In this document: positions 47,868-63,352 of the stretch, in pieces
How the letters are laid out: each line of letters starts with the position of its first letter
Position numbering within the stretch: the stretch's first letter is position 1
Position numbers and translations under genes: made by a program
Notes under the pieces: generated by a model
Told to the model about the DNA's origin: nothing
The model's database searches: none
What the model saw: the letters and a program-made list of their open reading frames with translations, nothing else
NCBI GenBank assembly: GCA_029778945.1
Contig: JAKPBN010000382.1
Coordinates: forward strand, 764 to 64,763
Length of the DNA: 64,000 bases
Direction: 5' to 3'
DNA from: Spirochaetota bacterium
Lineage (GTDB): Bacteria; Spirochaetota; Spirochaetia; Treponematales; Rectinemataceae

Positions 47868-47914
47868 AGACAAGCAAAGCCACGATATCCAATAAGGCTT
47901 TTGCGCCATAAATG

Positions 47915-47943
47915 AAAAAGCCGGCTTGCGCCGGCCTTTTCTT
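47915..47943. terminator. Bidirectional rho-independent terminator (AAAAA-GCCGGC-TTGC-GCCGGC-CTTTTCTT) between convergent GGDEF and rpsG units.
   Basis: Perfect 6-bp GC stem flanked by an A-run and a T-run. Confidence 0.7.
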
Positions 47944-47999
47944 AACAAGAGTCGCTGCTTACCAGCGATAGTGAGCGAAGAAACCTCTCACTAGTCAAC

Positions 48000-48027
48000 G
48001 CGATCCTTCGCTCTGGCGAAGGATCGC
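48000..48027. repeat. Perfect 12-bp-stem hairpin (GCGATCCTTCGC-TCTG-GCGAAGGATCGC) in the rpsG 3' intergenic region.
   Basis: Read directly. Confidence 0.6.
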
Positions 48028-48053
48028 TATGGCGAACAAAGCCTTTGCCCTGC

Positions 48054-48088
48054 AAATAAAAAAGCAAGGCCGGCAAAGCCGGCCTTGC
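48054..48088 (-). terminator. Rho-independent terminator of rpsG (11-bp stem GCAAGGCCGGC / GCCGGCCTTGC followed by UUUUUUAUUU on the minus strand).
   Basis: Read directly, 22 nt downstream of the rpsG stop. Confidence 0.75.
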
Positions 48089-48110
48089 CTGTACATCCAA
48101 GAGGTGAAAA

Positions 48111-48581
48111 CTACCAGCGGTAGTGGGCAAAGGCCTTGTTCGCCTCGGCCATCTTGTGCGTATCTTCCTTCTTCTTCACGGCCGAGCCGGTGTTGTTGAA
48201 GGCGTCGACAAGCTCGTCGGCGAGCTTGTCGGCCATCGCCTTGCCGGAGCGGGAGCGGGCGGCGTTGATCAGCCAGCGCATGGCTAGGGCCTCGCGCCGG
48301 GTGTCGCGGATCTCGACGGGCACCTGGTAGGTCGCGCCGCCGACGCGGCGGGACTTGACCTCAACCAGGGGCTTCGAGTTCTCGATGGCCTTGTTGAAGA
48401 CGTCCAGGGCAGGAACCCCGGCCTTCTTCTCCATGGCCTCCATCGCATCATACACAATGCGGGTGCAGATGGACTTCTTGCCCTGCCACATCAGGCGGCA
48501 CACGAACTTCGTGAGGGTGATGGAATTGTACTTCGGATCCGGGAGATGCCCCCGGTCGATTGTCTTCTTTTTGCGTCCCAT
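48111..48581 (-). CDS. rpsG: 30S ribosomal protein S7.
   Basis: 156-aa translation matches S7. Confidence 0.95.
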   Translation of the reverse strand: MGRKKKTIDRGHLPDPKYNSITLTKFVCRLMWQGKKSICTRIVYDAMEAMEKKAGVPALDVFNKAIENSKPLVEVKSRRVGGATYQVPVEIRDTRREALAMRWLINAARSRSGKAMADKLADELVDAFNNTGSAVKKKEDTHKMAEANKAFAHYRW

Positions 48582-48593
48582 GGTTCTGCCCCC

Positions 48594-48968
48594 TTACGCC
48601 TTCGGCCGCTTGGCGCCGTACTTGGACCGGGCCTTCTTGCGGTCTTCGACGCCGAGGGTATCCTTGGCACCGCGGACGATGTGGTAGCGCACGCCGGGGA
48701 GGTCCTTTACACGGCCTCCACGGATGAGTACCACCGAGTGCTCCTGAAGGTTGTGGCCAACGCCGGGGATGTAGGCGGTGACTTCAATACCATTCGTGAG
48801 CCTTACACGAGCGACCTTCCGGAGGGCCGAATTCGGCTTCTTCGGGGTTACGGTCATAACGCGGGTGCAAACACCCCGCCGCTGAGGGCACTCTTGGAGT
48901 GCCGGGGCCTTGGTGCGCCAGGTGTTTACCTTGCGCCCGAGGCGGATTAGCTGGTTGATCGTCGGCAT
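48594..48968 (-). CDS. rpsL: 30S ribosomal protein S12.
   Basis: [13 protein letters not shown]...[10 protein letters not shown]... matches S12. Confidence 0.97.
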   Translation of the reverse strand: MPTINQLIRLGRKVNTWRTKAPALQECPQRRGVCTRVMTVTPKKPNSALRKVARVRLTNGIEVTAYIPGVGHNLQEHSVVLIRGGRVKDLPGVRYHIVRGAKDTLGVEDRKKARSKYGAKRPKA

Positions 48969-49084
48969 TCTATGCTCTCGACTCCCTTTGTGTGCCAGGC
49001 TTCAGCATCGCCATGGCGAATTAGTGAAAAAACCCTATGCAAACCCCCAAACCAAGCCCCTAAAGACCCAATTCAGAGACGATA

Positions 49085-49114
49085 ACCTTACAGCCCCCTG
49101 ACCGTCTTCGTCAA
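49085..49114 (-). promoter_or_regulatory. Candidate promoter for rpsL-rpsG (-35 TTGACG at 49109-14, 18-nt spacer, -10 TAAGGT at 49085-90), just after the rpoC stop.
   Basis: Hexamer inspection only. Confidence 0.3.
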
Positions 49115-49119
49115 GCTGG

Positions 49120-53484
<4,365 letters not shown>

Positions 53485-53533
53485 ATCAGTCCCCCCTCAT
53501 CGAGTCGACTTGGGCAAAATGTACCTTGTTATC

Positions 53534-53714
53534 AATCACCACGGAGATCAGGGATGGAAGACGGAGATCACGGAGACTTCGCAGGGAAAGGCGGTTCGAG
53601 AAGGAAACTACGTTCATGATTCCCTTCTTCCTTTCTCCCACTCTTGTCTTCCTCCGTGATCTCCGTGTCGACCGGCCCAAAACGGGCCGGTCCTCCGTGG
53701 CTCCGTGGTGAATC
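53534..53714 (-). promoter_or_regulatory. Structured rpoB-rpoC intercistronic spacer: CACGGAG motifs (53540, 53569; ACGGAG 53561) on the left and four CTCCGTG motifs (53652, 53661, 53693, 53701) on the right, able to form long-range duplexes.
   Basis: Motif positions read directly. The spacer is 243 nt, unusually long for rpoB-rpoC. Confidence 0.45.
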
Positions 53715-53727
53715 GTATAGATGCCTT

Positions 53728-57219
<3,492 letters not shown>

Positions 57220-57354
57220 CCGTTACCCCCTCGCTGCGCGCCATGCGGACGCGCGGATCGGTCCGGTTATCAACTCGCGCGATCTATCTTCAAAGCCGCC
57301 CGGCTTCCCGGAAGGCGTAGCCTGCTCGCCTATGGTTGAAAAATCCCTTATGAC

Positions 57355-57376
57355 GCAAAAACGGCCCCTCGGGGGC
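57355..57376 (-). terminator. Candidate rplL-rpoB attenuator: GC hairpin (GCCCC-CGA-GGGGC) followed by CGUUUUUGCG. Two more GCCCCUC-type hairpins lie nearby (57392-57414, 57421-57431).
   Basis: Read directly. The position is analogous to the known rplL-rpoB attenuator in other bacteria. Confidence 0.4.
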
Positions 57377-57493
57377 GCGGCCTCCCTTCCGGAAGGCCCC
57401 TCACCCCTGAGGGAACCCTGGCCCCTCGGGCCCGCTCATGCGGAGCGGACACCCTTGGAGCCTGAGAACTTCGAACTATGACCGTTCGGCGTC

Positions 57494-57874
57494 TTACTTG
57501 ACGTCAACGGCGCCGCCCGCATCGGTGATCTGCTTCTTGATCTTCTCGGCCTCATCCTTGGAGACGTTCTCCTTGAGGGGCTTGTCGCCGGCCTCGACGA
57601 GATCCTTGGCCTCCTTAAGGCCGAGGCCCGTGATGGCGCGGACTTCCTTGATGATGGAGATCTTCTTGTCCGCGGGCACACCAGCCTTGAGGATGACGGT
57701 GAACTCGGTCTTCTCCTCGGCGGCGGCGGCGGCGGGACCGGCGGCGGCGGCGGCGACGGGAGCCGCGGCGGTGACGCCAAACTTCTCTTCCATGGCCTTG
57801 ATGAGGTCGGCGATCTCGGTGATCTTCATCTCGGCGATGGCGTCGAGGATCTGCTCGTGGGTGATGGCTGCCAT
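57494..57874 (-). CDS. rplL: 50S ribosomal protein L7/L12.
   Basis: 126-aa translation matches L7/L12. SD AGGAGAAG. Confidence 0.95.
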   Translation of the reverse strand: MAAITHEQILDAIAEMKITEIADLIKAMEEKFGVTAAAPVAAAAAGPAAAAAEEKTEFTVILKAGVPADKKISIIKEVRAITGLGLKEAKDLVEAGDKPLKENVSKDEAEKIKKQITDAGGAVDVK

Positions 57875-57896
57875 ATTATCTTCTCCTACTCGGGTC

Positions 57897-57920
57897 TGGC
57901 CGGCTCATGCGAGCCGGCCT
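57897..57920 (-). promoter_or_regulatory. 9-bp GC hairpin (GGCCGGCUC-AUGC-GAGCCGGCC) in the rplJ-rplL spacer, just upstream of the rplL SD.
   Basis: Read directly. Confidence 0.3.
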
Positions 57921-57993
57921 TGTGCGGGCCGCGGGGCCCGCGAAGGCAAACAGGAACGGCAGCTACTCCGAAGCCTGGATGCCGTTGAAAGAC

Positions 57994-58584
57994 TTAGGCC
58001 TGGGCCTCTGCCGCGGGGGCAGGGGCGGGCTCGGCCGCGGGTGCGGCCTCCGCAGCGGGCGCGGCCGCCTCGGAAGCGCCGCCGCCCAGCTTCTCCTGGT
58101 ACGCCACGAGGGTGTACACGAGCTTCTGGACCGGGCTCTTGAGGGCGCCCATGAACATGGAGATAAGGACATTCTTGGAGGGCAGCTTCGAGAGGACCTC
58201 GAGGCCGGCCGCGTTCATGAAGCCCTTGTCCACAAGTCCACCCTTGACCTTGAGGGCGGGGACTTCCTTGGAGAAGTCCATGAGGATCTTGGCGACCTCG
58301 TTGGCCTCTCCGGAGGTGAAGGCCACGCCGGTGGGGCCGAGGAGGACGGGCTCGATCTCCTTGGGGAAGCCGAGCTCCTCGAAGGCGATGCGGGCGAAAT
58401 TGTTCTTGATGACGTGGAACTGGGTGTTCTTCTCCCTGAGCTGCTTCCTGAGGGCGGAGATCTGCTCCACCGTCATGCCGCGGTACTCGGCGAAGATGAA
58501 ATCCTTGTTCGCGTTGATCTGGGTCTTGAGATCCCCGATGGCGTCTGCCTTGACGGGTTGGATCTTGGTTGCTCTCATGGCCAT
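57994..58584 (-). CDS. rplJ: 50S ribosomal protein L10.
   Basis: Translation matches L10. Only 3 nt after the rplA stop (no long L10 leader). Confidence 0.9.
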   Translation of the reverse strand: MAMRATKIQPVKADAIGDLKTQINANKDFIFAEYRGMTVEQISALRKQLREKNTQFHVIKNNFARIAFEELGFPKEIEPVLLGPTGVAFTSGEANEVAKILMDFSKEVPALKVKGGLVDKGFMNAAGLEVLSKLPSKNVLISMFMGALKSPVQKLVYTLVAYQEKLGGGASEAAAPAAEAAPAAEPAPAPAAEAQA

Positions 58585-58587
58585 GGC

Positions 58588-59271
58588 TTACCTCTCGTTC
58601 TTGGTCAGCGCGACGCGGACGCCGGGACCCATGGTCGAGGTGATAAACACGGAGGTGACGAATTCACCCTTCGCGTCTGCTGGGCGCTTGCGCTGGACTT
58701 CGGTGAGGAGGGTCCCGACATTCTCGGCGACCTGGCCGGCATCCATGGAGACCTTGCCGATGGCGAGGTGGATGATGCCGGACTTGTCGGTGCGGAATTC
58801 GGTGCGGCCCTTCTTCAACTCGGCCACAGCGGCCTTGATATCGTGGGTGACGGTGCCGGTCTTCGGGTTAGGCATGAGGCCCTTGCGGCCCAGGACCATA
58901 CCGAGCTTTCCGACATCCTTCATCATGTCCGGGGTGGCGACGGCGACATCGAAGTCAAGCCAGCCGCCCTTGATCTTCTCGATGAGCTCGTCGGCGCCCG
59001 CGAAGGCGGCTCCGGCCTCGAGGGCTTCCTTCTCTTTCTCGCCCTTGCAGAACACGAGGATCTTCTTCTCGCCCCGGAACTGGTGGGGGAGGACGACCGT
59101 GTCACGCACGGACTGGCTCTTCTTGAGGTTGAGCCTGACGTGGATCTCGACGGTCTCGTCGAACTTCGCGTAGTGGGCGTCCTTTATGAGGGCGCAGGCG
59201 GCGGACAGGTCATAGGAGAGGGCGCGGTCGACCTTCTTGGCGACCTCGTTGTACTTCTTGCCGTGCTTCAT
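58588..59271 (-). CDS. rplA: 50S ribosomal protein L1.
   Basis: 227-aa translation matches L1. Confidence 0.95.
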   Translation of the reverse strand: MKHGKKYNEVAKKVDRALSYDLSAACALIKDAHYAKFDETVEIHVRLNLKKSQSVRDTVVLPHQFRGEKKILVFCKGEKEKEALEAGAAFAGADELIEKIKGGWLDFDVAVATPDMMKDVGKLGMVLGRKGLMPNPKTGTVTHDIKAAVAELKKGRTEFRTDKSGIIHLAIGKVSMDAGQVAENVGTLLTEVQRKRPADAKGEFVTSVFITSTMGPGVRVALTKNER

Positions 59272-59705
59272 TTCGAGTACTCCGTCAGGACGCCCATGGA
59301 ACGGGCGGTGCCGGCGACGATCCGCTTGGCGGCCTCGAGGTCATTGGCGTTGAGGTCGGGCATCTTCTGCTTGGCGATGGCCTCAAGCTTGTCCTTGGGC
59401 AGGGTTCCCACCTTGGTCTTGTGGGGGATGCCAGAACCCTTCTCGAGGCCCATGGCCTTCTTGATCAGCACGGAGGCCGGGGGGGTCTTCGTGATGAAGG
59501 TGAAGGACTTGTCCTTGTAGACGGTGATGATGCAGGGGATCGTGAGACCCGCCTCCATGCCCTTGGTCCTGTCGTTGAACTGCTGGCAGAACTGGGGAGC
59601 CGAGACGCCATGCGGTCCGAGGGCAGGGCCCACGGGCGGCGCGGGAGTCGCCTTCCCGGCGGGGCACTGCAGTTTGATGACCGCGGTGACTACTTTCTTC
59701 GCCAT
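59268..59705 (-). CDS. rplK: 50S ribosomal protein L11.
   Basis: [34 protein letters not shown]... matches L11. Confidence 0.95.
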   Translation of the reverse strand: MAKKVVTAVIKLQCPAGKATPAPPVGPALGPHGVSAPQFCQQFNDRTKGMEAGLTIPCIITVYKDKSFTFITKTPPASVLIKKAMGLEKGSGIPHKTKVGTLPKDKLEAIAKQKMPDLNANDLEAAKRIVAGTARSMGVLTEYSK

Positions 59706-59779
59706 TCCATTCTCCTTTCGTGGTGTACCCGGCGCAGGCTTCGTCCGCGGCCGTGAAGCTTCCTTCGCGGCTCGGATAA

Positions 59780-59835
59780 AGACTCAGCAGACCCGGGGTA
59801 GCGTGCGGGTTAAGGCCCGCACTCCCATCTGTTGG
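59780..59835 (-). promoter_or_regulatory. Structured leader upstream of rplK containing a GGGAGUGCGGGCC-UUAA-CCCGCAC stem-loop. Candidate L1-binding autoregulatory leader.
   Basis: 7-bp stem GTGCGGG/CCCGCAC flanked by GGGA...UACCC read directly. Placement matches the L1-regulated L11 operon leader in other bacteria. Confidence 0.35.
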
Positions 59836-59945
59836 AGGTAACACCCCTCTATGAGAAGCACCGCATTCCGGCCAGGAGGCCAACCGCGGCGCCGCTGTAC
59901 TAAAGAACCCTGGAGACACCCGGCGCTCTTCGCGCCGCTGCTTCC

Positions 59946-60503
59946 TTATAGCTTTTCCACCTGGAGCATATCGACCTCGACCGGGGTGGCCCGGCCAAAG
60001 ATGCCCACCATGACCTTGAGCTTCGCCTTCTCGGCGTTGACTTCCTCGATGGCCCCGGTAAAGGACTCGAAGGGCCCCTCGATGATCTTGACCTGCTCGC
60101 CCACCACAAAGGACTGGCGGTTGCGCGCGGCGCGCTCGCCTTTGATCTCGCCGGCCCGCTGCAGGACGCCCCTCGCCTCCTCCTGGGAGATGGGAAGGGG
60201 CTTGTTGTGCTGGGTCGCGCCCACAAAGCCGGTGACGCCGGTGATCTTCTTGATGCCGGAGCAGGTGGCCTTCCAGCTGTTCTCGGGCAGGTCCATCTCG
60301 ACGAGGATGTAGCCGGGGAGGATCTTGCGGGAGGAGGAGCGGCGCTTGCCGTCCTTCACGTCCACGACTTCCTCGCTCGGCACCTTGACGTCGGTGACGA
60401 TATCCTTGGAGAGGTCTCCGTTGTCCACCATCATCCTGATGGTGCGCTCTATCTTGTTCTCATATCCGGAGTAGACATGGAGAACGTACCAGGCCTTAGC
60501 CAT
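59946..60503 (-). CDS. nusG: Transcription termination/antitermination factor NusG.
   Basis: NGN domain (AWYVLHVYSGYENK) and KOW (FVVGEQVKIIEGPF). Confidence 0.95.
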   Translation of the reverse strand: MAKAWYVLHVYSGYENKIERTIRMMVDNGDLSKDIVTDVKVPSEEVVDVKDGKRRSSSRKILPGYILVEMDLPENSWKATCSGIKKITGVTGFVGATQHNKPLPISQEEARGVLQRAGEIKGERAARNRQSFVVGEQVKIIEGPFESFTGAIEEVNAEKAKLKVMVGIFGRATPVEVDMLQVEKL

Positions 60504-60517
60504 GCGGCCTTCTCCCG

Positions 60518-60700
60518 TTATCTGAAGATGAAATCAATGCCGGCGACGAAGATGAAATCAAGAAAGCCAAGGACCGCCGACATCACAAGGGTGGAGACGA
60601 CGACAACCTTCACGGAGGCCAGGACGTCATCCTTGGTCGGCCAGACGACCTTCCTGAGCTCGGCGACGCAATCCTTAAAGAACTGGACGATCTTCTTCAC
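60518..60700 (-). CDS. secE: Preprotein translocase subunit SecE (60 aa, GTG start).
   Basis: GTG 60698-700 preceded by AAAAGGAG. Single-TM protein VKKIVQFFKDCVAELRKVVWPTKDDVL... Confidence 0.8.
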   Translation of the reverse strand: MKKIVQFFKDCVAELRKVVWPTKDDVLASVKVVVVSTLVMSAVLGFLDFIFVAGIDFIFR

Positions 60701-60808
60701 AAGCGGCTCCTTTTGTCGCGGACAGCACCACAGGAAGGCACTGCCCCAGGATCGGCAGGCGGCCAAGATCGGCGGGCCGATCTTCTGTGCCATCGGCCGC
60801 AGCTATAA

Positions 60809-60881
60809 CAGGCCAGGAAGGACTCGAACCCTCAACATCCGGTTTTGGAGACCGGCGCTCTACCATTAGAGCTACTGGCCT
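60809..60881 (-). tRNA. tRNA-Trp (anticodon CCA).
   Basis: Cloverleaf folded by hand: acceptor AGGCCAG/CTGGCCT, anticodon loop CUCCAAA, T-loop TTCGAGT. Sits in the conserved position before secE. Confidence 0.9.
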
Positions 60882-60883
60882 TC

Positions 60884-60946
60884 GTGAAGCGGCAAGACTT
60901 TTCGAAGTCTTTCCGCTTCACGACGCAAATCCGCGAGCGGATTTGC
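60884..60946 (-). other. Two strong hairpins (60884-60921 with 17-bp stem and TTCG loop; 60925-60946 with 9-bp stem) abutting the 5' side of tRNA-Trp.
   Basis: Inverted repeats read directly. The first hairpin ends 2 nt before the tRNA 5' end. Confidence 0.5.
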
Positions 60947-61042
60947 GAATGCTCCCGGGCCAGCTCTCCGGTCATCGATCCTATCGGCAGTAGCATAACC
61001 CATGCCGAAACGAAGCGCAAACCGGAAAATTACCCCAGGCTC

Positions 61043-61075
61043 AGAAACAAAGGATGCGGGGCAATGCTACCCCGC
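61043..61075 (-). terminator. Rho-independent terminator after rpmG (GCGGGG-loop-CCCCGC followed by AUCCUUUGUUUCU).
   Basis: Read directly. Confidence 0.55.
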
Positions 61076-61122
61076 TCCCTGGAACCACCGTCAGGCCAGC
61101 CAGAGGGGCCGCCCGACCTGCA

Positions 61123-61296
61123 TCACTTGACCTTGGTTTCCTTGTGAAGAGTGTGCTTGCGATCCCACTTGCAGTACTTCATGAGCTCCAGCTTTTCCTG
61201 CTGGGTCTTGCGGTTCTTGGTCGTGGTATAGTTCCTGCGCTTGCACTCGGAGCACGCAAGGGCGATGATCTCTACGGTCTGTTTCTTGGCGGCCAT
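61123..61296 (-). CDS. rpmG: 50S ribosomal protein L33 (57 aa; not in the ORF track).
   Basis: Translation [57 protein letters not shown]. Zinc-ribbon L33. SD GAAAGGAA. Confidence 0.88.
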   Translation of the reverse strand: MAAKKQTVEIIALACSECKRRNYTTTKNRKTQQEKLELMKYCKWDRKHTLHKETKVK

Positions 61297-61423
61297 GCTT
61301 CATTCCTTTCAGCGGAACTTCGGCGCGGAAAACCGCTCCGACCCGGGATTTCATTAACCCTTAGGGCAGGAGACGACAAGCATCCCGGCCCCTACGTTTG
61401 GATCCGTATCGCTACGGACAGCG

Positions 61424-61496
61424 AGCCCTCGAACGGAATCGAACCGTTGACCTTATCCTTACCATGGATATGCTCTGCCAACTGAGCTACAAGGGC
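61424..61496 (-). tRNA. tRNA-Thr (anticodon GGU).
   Basis: Cloverleaf folded by hand: acceptor GCCCTTG/CGAGGGC, D-arm GCTC/GAGC, anticodon stem TATCC/GGATA with loop AUGGUAA, T-arm AACGG-TTCGATT-CCGTT. Confidence 0.88.
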
Positions 61497-61514
61497 GTTC
61501 AAAGAAGTGACCGA

Positions 61515-61544
61515 ACCATAGCACCGGGCCAAAGGCCTTGTCAA
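61515..61544 (-). promoter_or_regulatory. Sigma70-like promoter for the tRNA-Thr-rpmG-tRNA-Trp-secE-nusG unit (-35 TTGACA, 18-nt spacer, -10 TATGGT). The tRNA begins ~19 nt downstream.
   Basis: Consensus -35 and near-consensus -10 read directly on the minus strand. Confidence 0.55.
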
Positions 61545-61650
61545 TCCCTGGGGATTGCCCAATCCACCCGATCTAGGCACGGATCTTGCTTACTAGGCCC
61601 GGGGAGTTTATCCCTTGCGGGGCCGGCGCGCAAGCCCCCCTGCCGGGCTT

Positions 61651-63240
61651 TTAGGCCTTTTTCCCGCCTCCCCGGCGCTTGAAAGCCCCCACCACGGCCA
61701 GGGCCATCGAGTCTCGGCTCAGGGCCAGGAGTCCTATCCCGATGGCTCCAAAGACCAGGGCCGTGGCGACCAGGGACAATCCTGAGCCCAGGCTGTCCCC
61801 CAGGCCCCGCAAGGCCGCGGCCAGGAGGGGCCGCAGGAAATAGACCGGGACCCCCGCCAGGACCGAAAAGCCCAGGAGCTTGAGAAAATAGGCCCCGGCC
61901 CTGGCCAGGGTGGCCCCGGCCCCGGGGATCCCCGAGCGCCAATAGGCCCCAAAGAGAATCAAGGTGTTGACCGCCGAGGCCCCCGACAAGGCCAGGGCGA
62001 TCCCGGGGGCCTTGAGGGGGCCTACCAGGAAAAAGGCCAGGAGGACATTGATGGGCACCGATATGAGGCCCGCCCAGGTCGGGGTCTTGGTGTCCGAGCG
62101 GGCATAGAAGGCCGGAGCCATGACCCGATTCATCGCGATAAACGCCAGGCCGGACATGTGCCAGAAGAACACCTGGGTGGTGAGGCGCACCGACTCCTCC
62201 CCGAACTCGGCCCTCCGGTAAAGCAGGGTGACGATATCCCGGCCCACCAGCATGGAATAGACGGCCACCGGCACGGTGACGAGGAGCATGGCCTGGAGGC
62301 CCCTGCCCAGGCTGGCCTCGAAGGCCTTCCAGTCCTCGGAGCGCGCCGAGCCCGAGAGGTCCGGGAGCAGGACCGTTCCCAGGGAGACCACAAAGACCCC
62401 AAGGACAAATTCCTGGAGCCGCAGGGAGTATTGGAGGGCCGAGACCCCGCCGGTGCCGGATCCGGCGGCCAGGAAGGTCGAGGCCAGGATATTGATCTGA
62501 TAGGCGGCGATCCCCAGGATTGTCGGGGCGATGAGGGCAAAGACCTTCCTCATCCCGGGATTGCGGAAGGCTTTCCGGAGACTGACAAAGCCAAAGCGGT
62601 AGCCTGCCTTGAGGACGGCCGGGAGCTGGCAGAAGGCCTGGGCCAGGCCCCCTATCAGGACTCCCACGGCCATGGCCCGGGCGGGATTGCCCAGGAGGTT
62701 CCCGAGAATGTAGGGCACGGCTATCCAGCAGACATTGAAGAGGATGGGGGAGATCCCCGTGGGGGTAAAGATTCCGACCGAGTTGAGGATGCCCTGAAAC
62801 AGGGCGGCCAGGGCCACCAGGGCCAGGAAGGGGAACATTATCTGGGTGAGGAGGCTGGTCTCCCCGTGGTCGGTGGGAAAGAGCCTGACGATCCAGGGGG
62901 CCAGGGAGATGCCGAGGGCCACCGTGATGCCCACAAGAAAGAGGAGGACTGTAAGGGTGGCGGAGAGGAAGTCCCGGGTCTCCTCCACGTCCCCCGCCCG
63001 GTTTATGCCCGTAAAGGTGGGGATAAAGGCCGCGGTCATCGAGTTTTCCGCAAAGAGGCGGCGGAAGAAATTGGGCAGGGTAAAGGCTACATTGTAGGCG
63101 TCGGCCAGGGAGCCCGTGCCCATAAAGGCGGCCATGGTCATCTGTCTGACCAGGCCCAGGACCCGGGACAGGAAGGTGAGAAGGGAAAGCTTTCCCCCTT
63201 CCTTGAGCATGCGGGACGACGATTCTTCGGCTGAGGCCAT
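61651..63240 (-). CDS. murJ: Lipid II flippase MurJ (MviN family).
   Basis: 529-aa multi-TM translation with an N-terminus typical of MurJ (LSRVLGLVRQMTMAAFMGTGSLADAYNVAFTLPN). Confidence 0.9.
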   Translation of the reverse strand: MASAEESSSRMLKEGGKLSLLTFLSRVLGLVRQMTMAAFMGTGSLADAYNVAFTLPNFFRRLFAENSMTAAFIPTFTGINRAGDVEETRDFLSATLTVLLFLVGITVALGISLAPWIVRLFPTDHGETSLLTQIMFPFLALVALAALFQGILNSVGIFTPTGISPILFNVCWIAVPYILGNLLGNPARAMAVGVLIGGLAQAFCQLPAVLKAGYRFGFVSLRKAFRNPGMRKVFALIAPTILGIAAYQINILASTFLAAGSGTGGVSALQYSLRLQEFVLGVFVVSLGTVLLPDLSGSARSEDWKAFEASLGRGLQAMLLVTVPVAVYSMLVGRDIVTLLYRRAEFGEESVRLTTQVFFWHMSGLAFIAMNRVMAPAFYARSDTKTPTWAGLISVPINVLLAFFLVGPLKAPGIALALSGASAVNTLILFGAYWRSGIPGAGATLARAGAYFLKLLGFSVLAGVPVYFLRPLLAAALRGLGDSLGSGLSLVATALVFGAIGIGLLALSRDSMALAVVGAFKRRGGGKKA

Positions 63241-63352
63241 GCCCAGAGGCTACCTCGAAAGCCAAGGCCTTAACAAGAACGTGGACAGCGCCTGCGGCGC
63301 AGGCGGCCCGGCCCCCCTCGACCCTCGGCCCCGGATGGCACTATAAAAGTCC

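Noticed and set aside
26519-47914. Island as an integrated mobile element or prophage
   Set aside because: No integrase, transposase, tRNA-flanked att duplication or phage structural genes recognised. The boundary shows only terminators and hairpins, so mobility is not supported by the sequence.
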